Assembly: GCA_039180025.1 (NCBI GenBank)
Contig: JBCDDZ010000002.1
Span: 15,057 to 79,056 of the forward strand
Length of the DNA stretch: 64,000 nucleotides
Source of the DNA: Planctomycetota bacterium
Lineage (GTDB): Bacteria; Planctomycetota; Phycisphaerae; Phycisphaerales; Phycisphaeraceae
Reading direction: 5' to 3'
In this document: positions 18,535 through 26,502 of the stretch, one piece after another
Position numbering within the stretch: position 1 is the stretch's first letter
Layout of the letters: every line of letters begins with the position of its first letter
The notes under the pieces: model-generated
What the model saw: the letters and a program-made list of their open reading frames with translations, nothing else
Databases searched by the model: none
What the model was told of the DNA's origin: nothing
Translations under genes and position numbers: made by a program

Positions 18535-18862
18535 GCCCGCGTCTGCCGCCGCTGGCCCCAGTGACTTGGCCGGCAAACGCAAGGGGGCAGGTCAAAACGG
18601 GCGATTCCTGTCTCTGAATAATTACTTCATTCACGGCCGACAGGGTGTCTCGCAGAAAGCATCTAACCCATAAGGCCGCCGCGCCGCCGGCTTGAAGCGA
18701 CGTGCAGGAAGTTGCTTCGTACCACCGTTGCACGGCGTAGCCGCGAGGCGGAGCGGGCTGAAGCATTCATCGGCATCTCCGCCGGCACCGCGTGTCAGAG
18801 CTTCGGATAAGCGACACAAAAACAGATCGGTGGGCGGCCGGTCTATTGAACCGCACGTGGCG

Positions 18863-19927
18863 TTACCCCTCGGATCGTGAGAGGCCCGCCAGGGTATGCG
18901 CCACCACCTCGACCCCCGCCGACAGGGCCGCCGCCGCGACCGGTCCATCGACAAAGCCGAGCGTTTCGTCCGTCCGTTCCGAGCGATTGGCTGCAACCAA
19001 GACCACCCCCACCGCGGCGTCCCGGGCCCGGGCCACCGCTTGGTGGTCGTCCCGGCTAAGCATCTTCCACCACCGGACCCCCGCGGCGTCGCAGCCGGCT
19101 TCGGCCGCGTCGATGACCGCCTTGTCGCAAGCCACCGGCCGGGCGCCTCCGATCGGCTCGATCTCAAACCGCAAGCCCCGCCGCTGGGCCAACGTCGCCA
19201 CTTCGTCCCGGATCGCCTCCGCGGTCTGGTCCCGGTTGGCCGCATCGGTATCGCGCAGTTCCAGGGTGAAACGGACCTGTTCGGGGAGCACGTCGCCGGA
19301 CCGATCTTCGTTTAGCCCCGCTCCCGGACGGGGTTCCGAACAAGCGAGGTTGCTCACCACCGCGACCAGGTCCGGGCTCGGGCTCGACCGAGCCAACTGT
19401 TCGATCGTCCCGATCGCTTCCGCCGCGGCGTAGAGCGCGTCGCGTCGTTCGGGCATCGGGGTGATGCGCAGGTGATCGGGCGGTGCCACCGCGGTCACCT
19501 GCCACCGGGCCGACGCCGCGAGCGCGACGGCGATGCCGACCGGCACACCCTGTCTTTCCAGCCGACCCGACGTGTCCACCCCCAACTCGACCCACACCGA
19601 AGGTTGCGGATCGGCAAAGCCTTCACCCCCGACCGCGTTTCCCGCCGCCACCACCTCGATCGTCCGCCTCGGCTCGAAGCCCGCGTCCCGCAGCATCCGC
19701 AGCCCCTCTAATACTCCCAGCAGACCCACGCTCCGCGCCCCGCCGCCCGTCCGCACGACGCCCTCAGATGGATCGGCCTTTCCCGCCCAGCGCAGCACCC
19801 GGTCGCCCGCGGACGTGACGCTAAGCTCGAACCCCGGGGCGTCCGCGAACGCCTCGAACTCGTCCGTCCCGGCCTCGGCCAGCGCTCGAGTTATCCGGCT
19901 AATCTCCGGCACCAGTTCCCGTGTCAT
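18863..19927 (-). CDS. Degenerate M20/allantoate amidohydrolase (N-carbamoylase)-like protein
   Basis: Recognisable remnants GVLEGLRML...RRTIEVV, TPMPERRDALYAAAE and RFTLELRD. The canonical metal-ligand motifs are missing. The ORF is uninterrupted. Confidence 0.65.
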   Translation of the reverse strand: MTRELVPEISRITRALAEAGTDEFEAFADAPGFELSVTSAGDRVLRWAGKADPSEGVVRTGGGARSVGLLGVLEGLRMLRDAGFEPRRTIEVVAAGNAVGGEGFADPQPSVWVELGVDTSGRLERQGVPVGIAVALAASARWQVTAVAPPDHLRITPMPERRDALYAAAEAIGTIEQLARSSPSPDLVAVVSNLACSEPRPGAGLNEDRSGDVLPEQVRFTLELRDTDAANRDQTAEAIRDEVATLAQRRGLRFEIEPIGGARPVACDKAVIDAAEAGCDAAGVRWWKMLSRDDHQAVARARDAAVGVVLVAANRSERTDETLGFVDGPVAAAALSAGVEVVAHTLAGLSRSEG

Positions 19928-20050
19928 AAGCTGCCCTCAGGACTTAAAAGAATGCCCCCGTTCGACATCTCCGTCACGGAGGTGCCTGCCGACGACAACA
20001 GACTAACGCTTTGTCCCCCCCTCCCCCCACGGTCGCGGTCCTGGCTTGCG

Positions 20051-20614
20051 TCATCCCTCCGCATCGGGTTCCAGCAGCCGGCTGCGATCCTTTACGCCTT
20101 CGAGCAGTTCGGGGGCCCGCGGCACCTCGGGGTCGCCGTGCAATACCGAAACATCGCCGGTCGTCTCAACAACCACCGCCCGGACCCGGCGCATCTCGAT
20201 CGCGTTGGTTTCGCGGAGCTTGCCCATCAAGTCGCCACGGGTCACCCCCGACCGGGCCAAGCTATCGGTAAGGATTTCGCCTTCGGCCATCACGAGGATC
20301 GGCTGGTTGTCGATTGTCTCGCTGAACCGCCCACTCGCCCCCCGCCGCCGCGACAAGCCCCACTGGATCAGGGACAGCATCCCCAGCACCGCCACCCCCA
20401 CCGGCACCGAGGCGGACATCGCCGTCGACGCCAACACCGCCCCCACCGCGATGGTCATCGCGAAATCAAACCCCGATATCTTCGCGAAGCTCCTCACCCC
20501 CGCCAGCCGAGTCATCACGATGACGGTGAAGTAGATCACGGCCGCGCCGAGCGCCGCGGCCCCCAAAGTCGCGACATCGGTCGTGAACCAATCAATAAAT
20601 TGACCAACCGTCAT
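20051..20614 (-). CDS. DUF421 (YetF-like) membrane protein
   Basis: RLAGVRSFAKISGFDFAMTIAVG, three TM helices, then DNQPILVMAEG..L...LRE...VVVETTGDVSV. Start ATG 20614. Confidence 0.85.
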   Translation of the reverse strand: MTVGQFIDWFTTDVATLGAAALGAAVIYFTVIVMTRLAGVRSFAKISGFDFAMTIAVGAVLASTAMSASVPVGVAVLGMLSLIQWGLSRRRGASGRFSETIDNQPILVMAEGEILTDSLARSGVTRGDLMGKLRETNAIEMRRVRAVVVETTGDVSVLHGDPEVPRAPELLEGVKDRSRLLEPDAEG

Positions 20615-20711
20615 GGGAAGCTTTTCTTGTGTAGCCCTGCGATGGCTTGTTTCTGAATCCTGCCGGACTCCGGCCCGCGTGCGGCAGAGCATCTTCCCAG
20701 ACCGGAGGTAA

Positions 20712-21254
20712 ATGACGGATGAAGACGCTCCCGGATTCAATCTGTGGCAAAATACCTCGATGGACGAAACACCTAAGCCGCAGGTCGGGATCGTGATGGG
20801 CAGCAACTCGGATTGGCCGACGATGAAGCTCGCCGCCGAGATGTTGGACCGTTTCGGGGTGCCCTACGAGGCGAAAGTCACGTCCGCCCACCGCACCCCG
20901 GAGTTGATGTTCGAGTATGCGGCCACAGCCGAGCCGCGCGGGCTGGAGGTCGTCATCGCCGGGGCGGGCGGGGCGGCGCACCTGCCGGGCATGGTCGCGA
21001 GCCGGACGGTGCTGCCCGTGCTCGGCGTGCCGATCAAGAGCAAAGCGCTCAGCGGGATGGACAGCCTCCTATCGATCGTCCAGATGCCCGGCGGCATCCC
21101 GGTGGGCACGCTCGCCATCGGCGACAGCGGCGCGAAAAACGCGGCGCTACTGGCCGTGTCGATCCTCGCCAACTCCCGCCCCAAGCTGCGTGAGAAGTTG
21201 CATGCGTTTCGGCAGGAGCAGTCCGACGCCGCGGCGGCGATGGATCTGGATTAG
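20712..21254 (+). CDS. purE: N5-carboxyaminoimidazole ribonucleotide mutase
   Basis: [47 protein letters not shown] precedes ATG 20712; ATG 20760 is an alternative start. Confidence 0.96.
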   Translation: MTDEDAPGFNLWQNTSMDETPKPQVGIVMGSNSDWPTMKLAAEMLDRFGVPYEAKVTSAHRTPELMFEYAATAEPRGLEVVIAGAGGAAHLPGMVASRTVLPVLGVPIKSKALSGMDSLLSIVQMPGGIPVGTLAIGDSGAKNAALLAVSILANSRPKLREKLHAFRQEQSDAAAAMDLD

Positions 21255-21300
21255 TTCGACGTGAAGGCCTCCACCTACCATCGATTGCGAAGGCGGGTTT

Positions 21301-21606
21301 ATGTCCGAAAGCAGCGTAGAGCGTTACTCAGCAGATGTGATTTGATCGGCGTGCCGATTTTTTGGGCTGTTTACGTTTGTCGGAGCATTCGTTGCGTTCG
21401 GTTCGATAAACCTGATTTCGCCACGGCGTTTTTGGTGGGTTTCAGACAAGCAAGTGAGATCGATATTCCCAGAAGTGATCGGTGTCGTGGGTTTTTGTAC
21501 GGCTTTCCCCATAGGTATGTATTACTTCGGATGGCTGCTTTGCTATGTCTTGGTCCTTGATACGCGACGAGTGGATGCGTTTGTCGGAAATGAATCTGCG
21601 GAGTGA
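21301..21606 (+). pseudogene. Possible small 2-TM membrane protein gene interrupted by an in-frame TGA at codon 15, in a 49%-GC islet
   Basis: MSESSVERYSADVI*SACRFFGLFTFVGAFVAFGSINL...VIGVVGFCTAFPIGMYYFGWLLCYVLVL...ESAE*. Not in the ORF track. GC counted as 146/300 over 21301-21600. Confidence 0.3.
21344..21363 (+). terminator. Candidate intrinsic terminator downstream of purE
   Basis: ATCGG-CGTG-CCGAT followed by a T-run to 21363. Confidence 0.4.
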
Positions 21607-22497
21607 TTATCCATCCGCCCGTTTCTGCAGCCGCTCCAGATCGTCTGCCAGGTGTTTGAGCTGTTTCTGGATCAGCGCCATCTCGTCGCCGACGCTGATG
21701 CGGCCGGTTTCTTTGATGTGTTTTGTGCGTTGCCGATGCTCTTCTTCCCGCTGGGCTTCGTCCATGCTCTGGATAATGACGCCGATGAACAGGTTGAGCA
21801 TGATCATCGTGCCCAGCGCGACGAACGAGACGAAGTAGAGCGCGCCGACGAACGGCCGGGCGGTGGACGAGAACTCGTAGCGCGACAGGTCCTGGTCGCT
21901 GAACGGGTAGTTTTCGCTGCCGTACATCTGGATGTACATGATGTCGGTCCAGTCTTCGAGCGTGACCACGCGGAACAGGCTCAGCATCGAAAGCTCGAGG
22001 TTGCGGAAATGCACCGGGTCGTTGTCGCGGAACAGGAACACGCCCAGCACCGCGTACACGTAGAACATCACCGCCAGCAACAGCCCGACGTAACACATCG
22101 ATGGCAGGCTCTTGAGCAGCGACCCCACCAGCAGTTGCAGCTTCGGGACCGCGCTAATCAGCCGCAGTGCCCGCAGTACCCGCGCCAGCCGCAGCACCTG
22201 CGCGTACTGCGCTTCGACCGGCAGGAAACACACCACCACGATCACGAAGTCGAAGACGTTCCAGGGGTCAAGAAAATAGCGGTACCACCGGCGCCCGCCC
22301 GCGGCGATCTTCATCGCCGCCTCCAGCGCGAACAGCCAGATGATGATCCGGTCGAGCGAATGCAGCAGCCGGCCGTGCCGCGCCATCACCCCCGGGTAGG
22401 TTTCGATCCCCACGATCACCGCCGCGAGGATGATCAGGCCGAGGATGGCGTGAGCGAATCGCTTGGATTCGACGATCGTTTGGAGGGTGGCGGTCAT
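21607..22497 (-). CDS. Voltage-gated cation channel (BacNav/NaChBac-like ion transporter)
   Basis: 6-TM layout; DPWNVFDFVIV in S2-S3; S4 LRLARVLRALRL; pore filter TLEDWTD; S6 MLNLFIGVII; C-terminal coiled coil. Confidence 0.93.
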   Translation of the reverse strand: MTATLQTIVESKRFAHAILGLIILAAVIVGIETYPGVMARHGRLLHSLDRIIIWLFALEAAMKIAAGGRRWYRYFLDPWNVFDFVIVVVCFLPVEAQYAQVLRLARVLRALRLISAVPKLQLLVGSLLKSLPSMCYVGLLLAVMFYVYAVLGVFLFRDNDPVHFRNLELSMLSLFRVVTLEDWTDIMYIQMYGSENYPFSDQDLSRYEFSSTARPFVGALYFVSFVALGTMIMLNLFIGVIIQSMDEAQREEEHRQRTKHIKETGRISVGDEMALIQKQLKHLADDLERLQKRADG

Positions 22498-22654
22498 AGC
22501 GTGGGCTCACGGATCGCCCGAATCATATCGCATCAGCCTTGCCCCATAAGGGGGGCAACCGGATAGCGGCCACCGCCCCCTACTCGGCTAGTTCTTTGTC
22601 GCCGCCTCGATGATTGGCCCGCCACCCACCGGCGTCCGCCGACCCCACGCCGGC

Positions 22655-23383
22655 TCAATGGGTCAACGCGTACGCCAGGATGTTGACGTTCAGTTGCTTC
22701 GCCGATTGGATCTCGTTGCCGCCGCAGCAGCAGCAACCGCCCCCGGCGTTCGCCGTGTCGTTGAGCCCGTCGGGCGACCACACCAGCACCACCCGCCCGT
22801 CGAGTTCCAGGCCCCGCAGCTCGGGCAGCTTGGACCCGCCGGTCTTATACCGGCTGGAGGTGATGTCGTAGACCGAATGGAAGATCGGGTGGTCGGCGGT
22901 GAGGGCCGTCAACCCGTCACTCCTGTCGGGGAACATCCGCTTGAGCGCGGCGGCCATCGAATGGTTCCAGTCTTTGGACGAGCACCCCGCCGAGGCGATC
23001 ACGAAGCCGCCGTGCGTCAGGTACGTACGCAGGTTGTCGACCTGCGCGTCGGTCAGCGTAAACGCCCCCTCGCCGGTCATCACCGCAAAGGGGTAGTTGA
23101 ACAGTTCCGCCGAGCCCGACTGCACCGGCACGAGTTCGCGGTGCGTGTCGATATGCGTTTGCTCGGCCACCTCGGTCAGGAACTGTTCCGAGAAGCAGAC
23201 CGAGGTTTTGTGGTTGGCGTAGACGAGCTTGGCCGCGTAGACCCGCCCCGGGTCGTCGGCATCTCCCGCCGCCGCGCTCAGAGGAGTTAAAACCAAAATC
23301 GCTCCGACGATCACGAACAGGCAAGCCGCGCCGCAGCGTGGTACGGGGCAGAGCTTCGAGACAGCAGATCGTAAATGGGTCAT
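22655..23383 (-). CDS. Exported DUF4159-domain protein with a CCCC motif
   Basis: Signal peptide; YPFAVMTGEGAFTL..LRTYLTHGGFV; HPIFHSVY; GGGCCCCGGNEI near the C-terminus. Confidence 0.8.
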   Translation of the reverse strand: MTHLRSAVSKLCPVPRCGAACLFVIVGAILVLTPLSAAAGDADDPGRVYAAKLVYANHKTSVCFSEQFLTEVAEQTHIDTHRELVPVQSGSAELFNYPFAVMTGEGAFTLTDAQVDNLRTYLTHGGFVIASAGCSSKDWNHSMAAALKRMFPDRSDGLTALTADHPIFHSVYDITSSRYKTGGSKLPELRGLELDGRVVLVWSPDGLNDTANAGGGCCCCGGNEIQSAKQLNVNILAYALTH

Positions 23384-23406
23384 GGTGGAGACTTCCCTGT
23401 TCTATT

Positions 23407-26400
23407 TTACTCACGACGGTCGGCGTCGTCGGCGAGCCGTCGAAAATACGCGGTCGCGGTCTCGCGGTAACGCGCCGGCACGCCCGGCAGGACCAGGCCC
23501 GGCCGCGTCCGCGTCGCCGCAGCATCGGGGGTAAGGGTCTCGGCCGGGTCCAAACCGTCGCTCGCCGCGGCGCCGTCTCCCGAACCGCCGTTCGGGCCGA
23601 CCCCGGCGCTCGAACCCTCTGCTGATCGGTGGTCGCTGCGCGGAAGGCGTCGGGGGCCGATCAGCGTCGCTTGGGCTGAACCCCATGCTTTGCCCCCCGC
23701 CCCCATGCTTTGGCCGGGAGAACCTAACCCCGTCAGACCCCCGAGGTTTCGTCCCTGGCGGAGCTGCTCGATCGCACTTTCGAGGCCGGCCTTAGGCAGC
23801 GTCAATACGTCATCAAGGTCCGACACCGCCCGCCCCGGAACCCCCCGGACCTCCGAGAGCAGGCTTTCCAGTTTGTCCGCGGCGTCCTCCGCCGAGGCGT
23901 GGGCCGCCGGCAATGCCTGCTGCGCGACGTGCTGGGCCGCGGCCGCCAAATCGGCCTCGATCCCTAACGTCTCGACCCGCTCGATCATTTGATGCACACT
24001 CCCGCTGAAACGAGGCAACAGCGGGGCCGCGAGGTCTGCCGTCTCTTCGAGCATCAGCGCCGCGTCACTCAGCTCGTCGCGGAGCGCCGCTTCGCGTTGG
24101 CCGTAGGTTTCGAGGCGCTGCCGATCCTCCGCGGTCCAGTGGCCCGCCGTGCTTGTCTCGCTTGGCGTGTCCGGCCACCGCCCCCGCATCACGCCGAGCT
24201 TCTGTTCCAGTTCGCGCTGCTCGACGATGACCGCCCGCAGGCGCTCGGCGTGGAACACGATCTCCTCGGCCAAGCCGAGCTTCACCAGGTCTTCCTCCAT
24301 CGCGTCCCATCGCGCCGGGGTTTGCGCGTCAAAAGGCGGGCTTTCCTGGGCCCATGCGTCGGCTTGCTGGTCGAACGCCGCGAGCTGCGTCGGCGTCACG
24401 CCTGGAAGCGCCAGGCCCTCGGCGGTGTCCGCGGTTTGCTCCGCCCGCTGGGCCGCTTCCGCGAGCTGCGCCGCCAGCGCGCGGAGTCGGTCGTTGAACG
24501 GTTCTTCAAACCTGTAGAGCGGAGCGGCCTCGGCCCGGTCGTTCATGGCGTCTGCCAGTTCCTGCGTGCGGCCGGCAAAAGACCAGAGCCGGTAAGCCAA
24601 GTCATTTGCCTGCTGCCGCTGCGCATCGTTGAGCAGTTCGCCCGCCGCGGCCCGCGCACGCAGGGCTTCGAGTTGGTCGAGTACGGCGTTCCGTTCCTCG
24701 GCCAGTTCTGCAAGCTGGGTGCGGTAGGCTGCATTCTCAGACTGAATTTCGTCTAGCCCGTAACGGGTTCGGGCCAGTTCATTCCACTGTTCGCGTGTGA
24801 CGATCTGCACGGCAAAAACCGGGGATTCGCTTAGCTGTCCCAAGTCGTCCGGGGGTCCGCCGTAGGCGGTCGGCAGGTTGTCACGCGCCGCCGCGAAGAA
24901 CCGCAGCGTGTCCCCCGGGCCCGCCCCATAATCTGCGGGCTGCAGTTCGTGGCTGACGTTTACACTGCGTGACGCCGGCCCCGGCAACGCCAGTCCGATC
25001 GGCACGCTCGCGTTTGGGGTCACCGCGGGATGGAGGGTCAGCGACCCGATGCCTACATCGTCTTTCGCACGGAGATCGATCGCCACGGGGTAGCCTTCCG
25101 CCGCGATGGCGATCGGTTCGGGCTGGGTTACTTCGACGCTCGGGGGCCGATCGACCAGCATCTCGATCCGCCACACCGCCTGCCGCCGGGAAGCCTGGCC
25201 GCCGCCGCTCTCGAGCCCTAGGTGGAAGGCCCCCGCCTGCGCCGGCTCGAACGTGGCCTCGGCGATCCGATCGCCAGAGAGCGGGTTGGCTTGCCGCTGC
25301 GCGGTCGCGTGGGATCCATCCGCCGTCAGGACCGTGGCCGCGAGGCCGACATTGCTCTGCGCGGTCAAGGTCACCACGCTGCCGGGCAGCATCCGCAAGA
25401 CGTTACGGCGGTCGTCGTGAGCCAGACTCTCAAGGCGGTGGTCCAGCCGATGGGTCCGCGGGGCGAGCCCCGTGTAGCGCGGCGGCGTGACCGTGGCGTG
25501 CAGCGACTTAAACCGCGGCGCGGTGTCGGGCGTAACCGTGAACCACTTGGACCGGCCCGCGGGGGTATCGATATAAAAACGGATCGGCGTGCGGACCTGC
25601 TCGAACCGCGTGGAAAACAGCGCGTCCGTAACCGTCAAGACCGGCTCGTCCTGGGCGTGGCGCAAACGCTCCATCGGCCGTGCAGCTTTGACCGTCTGGC
25701 CACCCGCCGGGCCGGTTCGGGCCCACACCAGGTTCGCCGTGGTGGGCAGTTGTTGCCCGTCAGCCGAAGGGTGGCGCAGCGTCACGTCGATCACCGCCGA
25801 CCCCCCGGCCGCCACCACCTCCGGGACCACCGATACCTCGAAACGTACCGGGGTGTACGACGGCAAGTCCGACCGCGGCGCGAGCAGCCTCGCCCCGCCG
25901 GCCGCCACCACCCGGGGGTACATCAGCGCCAAGCCTCCGAGGACGACCGCTACCAGGATCAACCCGGCTGTGTTCCGCCGCCGCCGTTTGCGGTCAACGA
26001 GCACCCGGGGGTCGACGCTGTCCGCGGCCGTCTCCCCACGCGCTACGACCAAGGCACGCAGCGCCGGGCTCGTCGCCGCCGATGATCCGGACCGCCCCCC
26101 GACCTCGTCGGACCACCCGAACTCCAGCGCATGGATTAACCGGCCCGAGCCGCCTTCCGTAGACCGCTCAATGGCCATCGCGCTGTGGCGCAAGTCCCGA
26201 GGCTTAGCCACCGCCAGACGCACGCATCCCACCGCCATCCACGCCGCTCCCGTCAATAACGCCGCATCCACCGCCACCAGCCCCCACACGGGCAACCCCC
26301 AAACCGCATCAGCGAAGATTGCCGCCGCCACCGCCGCCGCCGCCCACGCCACCGATTGTGTTAGCCGGCTCCACAGTTCGGCCCGCCGCGCGTGTCGCTC

Positions 26401-26502
26401 CGCCCGGCGCAGCGTTTCCCGCAGCCGATTTGCACTGGGCACCGCCGCGGGCTCCACGCCGAGCCCGGCCGCCGCCACCGAATTCTGTACCGAAGATGCC
26501 AT
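23407..26502 (-). CDS. Large membrane-anchored Ig-like plus coiled-coil protein (DUF4175-like)
   Basis: 1031 aa. N-terminal TM helices, VTPPRYTG and VDRPPSVEV..P..AKDDVGI beta-sandwich signatures, long Ala/Glu/Gln helical region. ATG directly follows the upstream TAG. Confidence 0.75.
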   Translation of the reverse strand: MASSVQNSVAAAGLGVEPAAVPSANRLRETLRRAERHARRAELWSRLTQSVAWAAAAVAAAIFADAVWGLPVWGLVAVDAALLTGAAWMAVGCVRLAVAKPRDLRHSAMAIERSTEGGSGRLIHALEFGWSDEVGGRSGSSAATSPALRALVVARGETAADSVDPRVLVDRKRRRRNTAGLILVAVVLGGLALMYPRVVAAGGARLLAPRSDLPSYTPVRFEVSVVPEVVAAGGSAVIDVTLRHPSADGQQLPTTANLVWARTGPAGGQTVKAARPMERLRHAQDEPVLTVTDALFSTRFEQVRTPIRFYIDTPAGRSKWFTVTPDTAPRFKSLHATVTPPRYTGLAPRTHRLDHRLESLAHDDRRNVLRMLPGSVVTLTAQSNVGLAATVLTADGSHATAQRQANPLSGDRIAEATFEPAQAGAFHLGLESGGGQASRRQAVWRIEMLVDRPPSVEVTQPEPIAIAAEGYPVAIDLRAKDDVGIGSLTLHPAVTPNASVPIGLALPGPASRSVNVSHELQPADYGAGPGDTLRFFAAARDNLPTAYGGPPDDLGQLSESPVFAVQIVTREQWNELARTRYGLDEIQSENAAYRTQLAELAEERNAVLDQLEALRARAAAGELLNDAQRQQANDLAYRLWSFAGRTQELADAMNDRAEAAPLYRFEEPFNDRLRALAAQLAEAAQRAEQTADTAEGLALPGVTPTQLAAFDQQADAWAQESPPFDAQTPARWDAMEEDLVKLGLAEEIVFHAERLRAVIVEQRELEQKLGVMRGRWPDTPSETSTAGHWTAEDRQRLETYGQREAALRDELSDAALMLEETADLAAPLLPRFSGSVHQMIERVETLGIEADLAAAAQHVAQQALPAAHASAEDAADKLESLLSEVRGVPGRAVSDLDDVLTLPKAGLESAIEQLRQGRNLGGLTGLGSPGQSMGAGGKAWGSAQATLIGPRRLPRSDHRSAEGSSAGVGPNGGSGDGAAASDGLDPAETLTPDAAATRTRPGLVLPGVPARYRETATAYFRRLADDADRRE

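Noticed and set aside
19940-20050. Riboswitch upstream of the M20-like gene (CTCCG-TCA-CGGAG hairpin)
   Set aside because: A single small hairpin; it does not fit guanidine, purine or other consensus motifs I could check by eye.
21343-21365. Selenocysteine codon with SECIS
   Set aside because: The hairpin is much shorter than a bacterial SECIS, resembles a terminator, and the context is not a redox motif.
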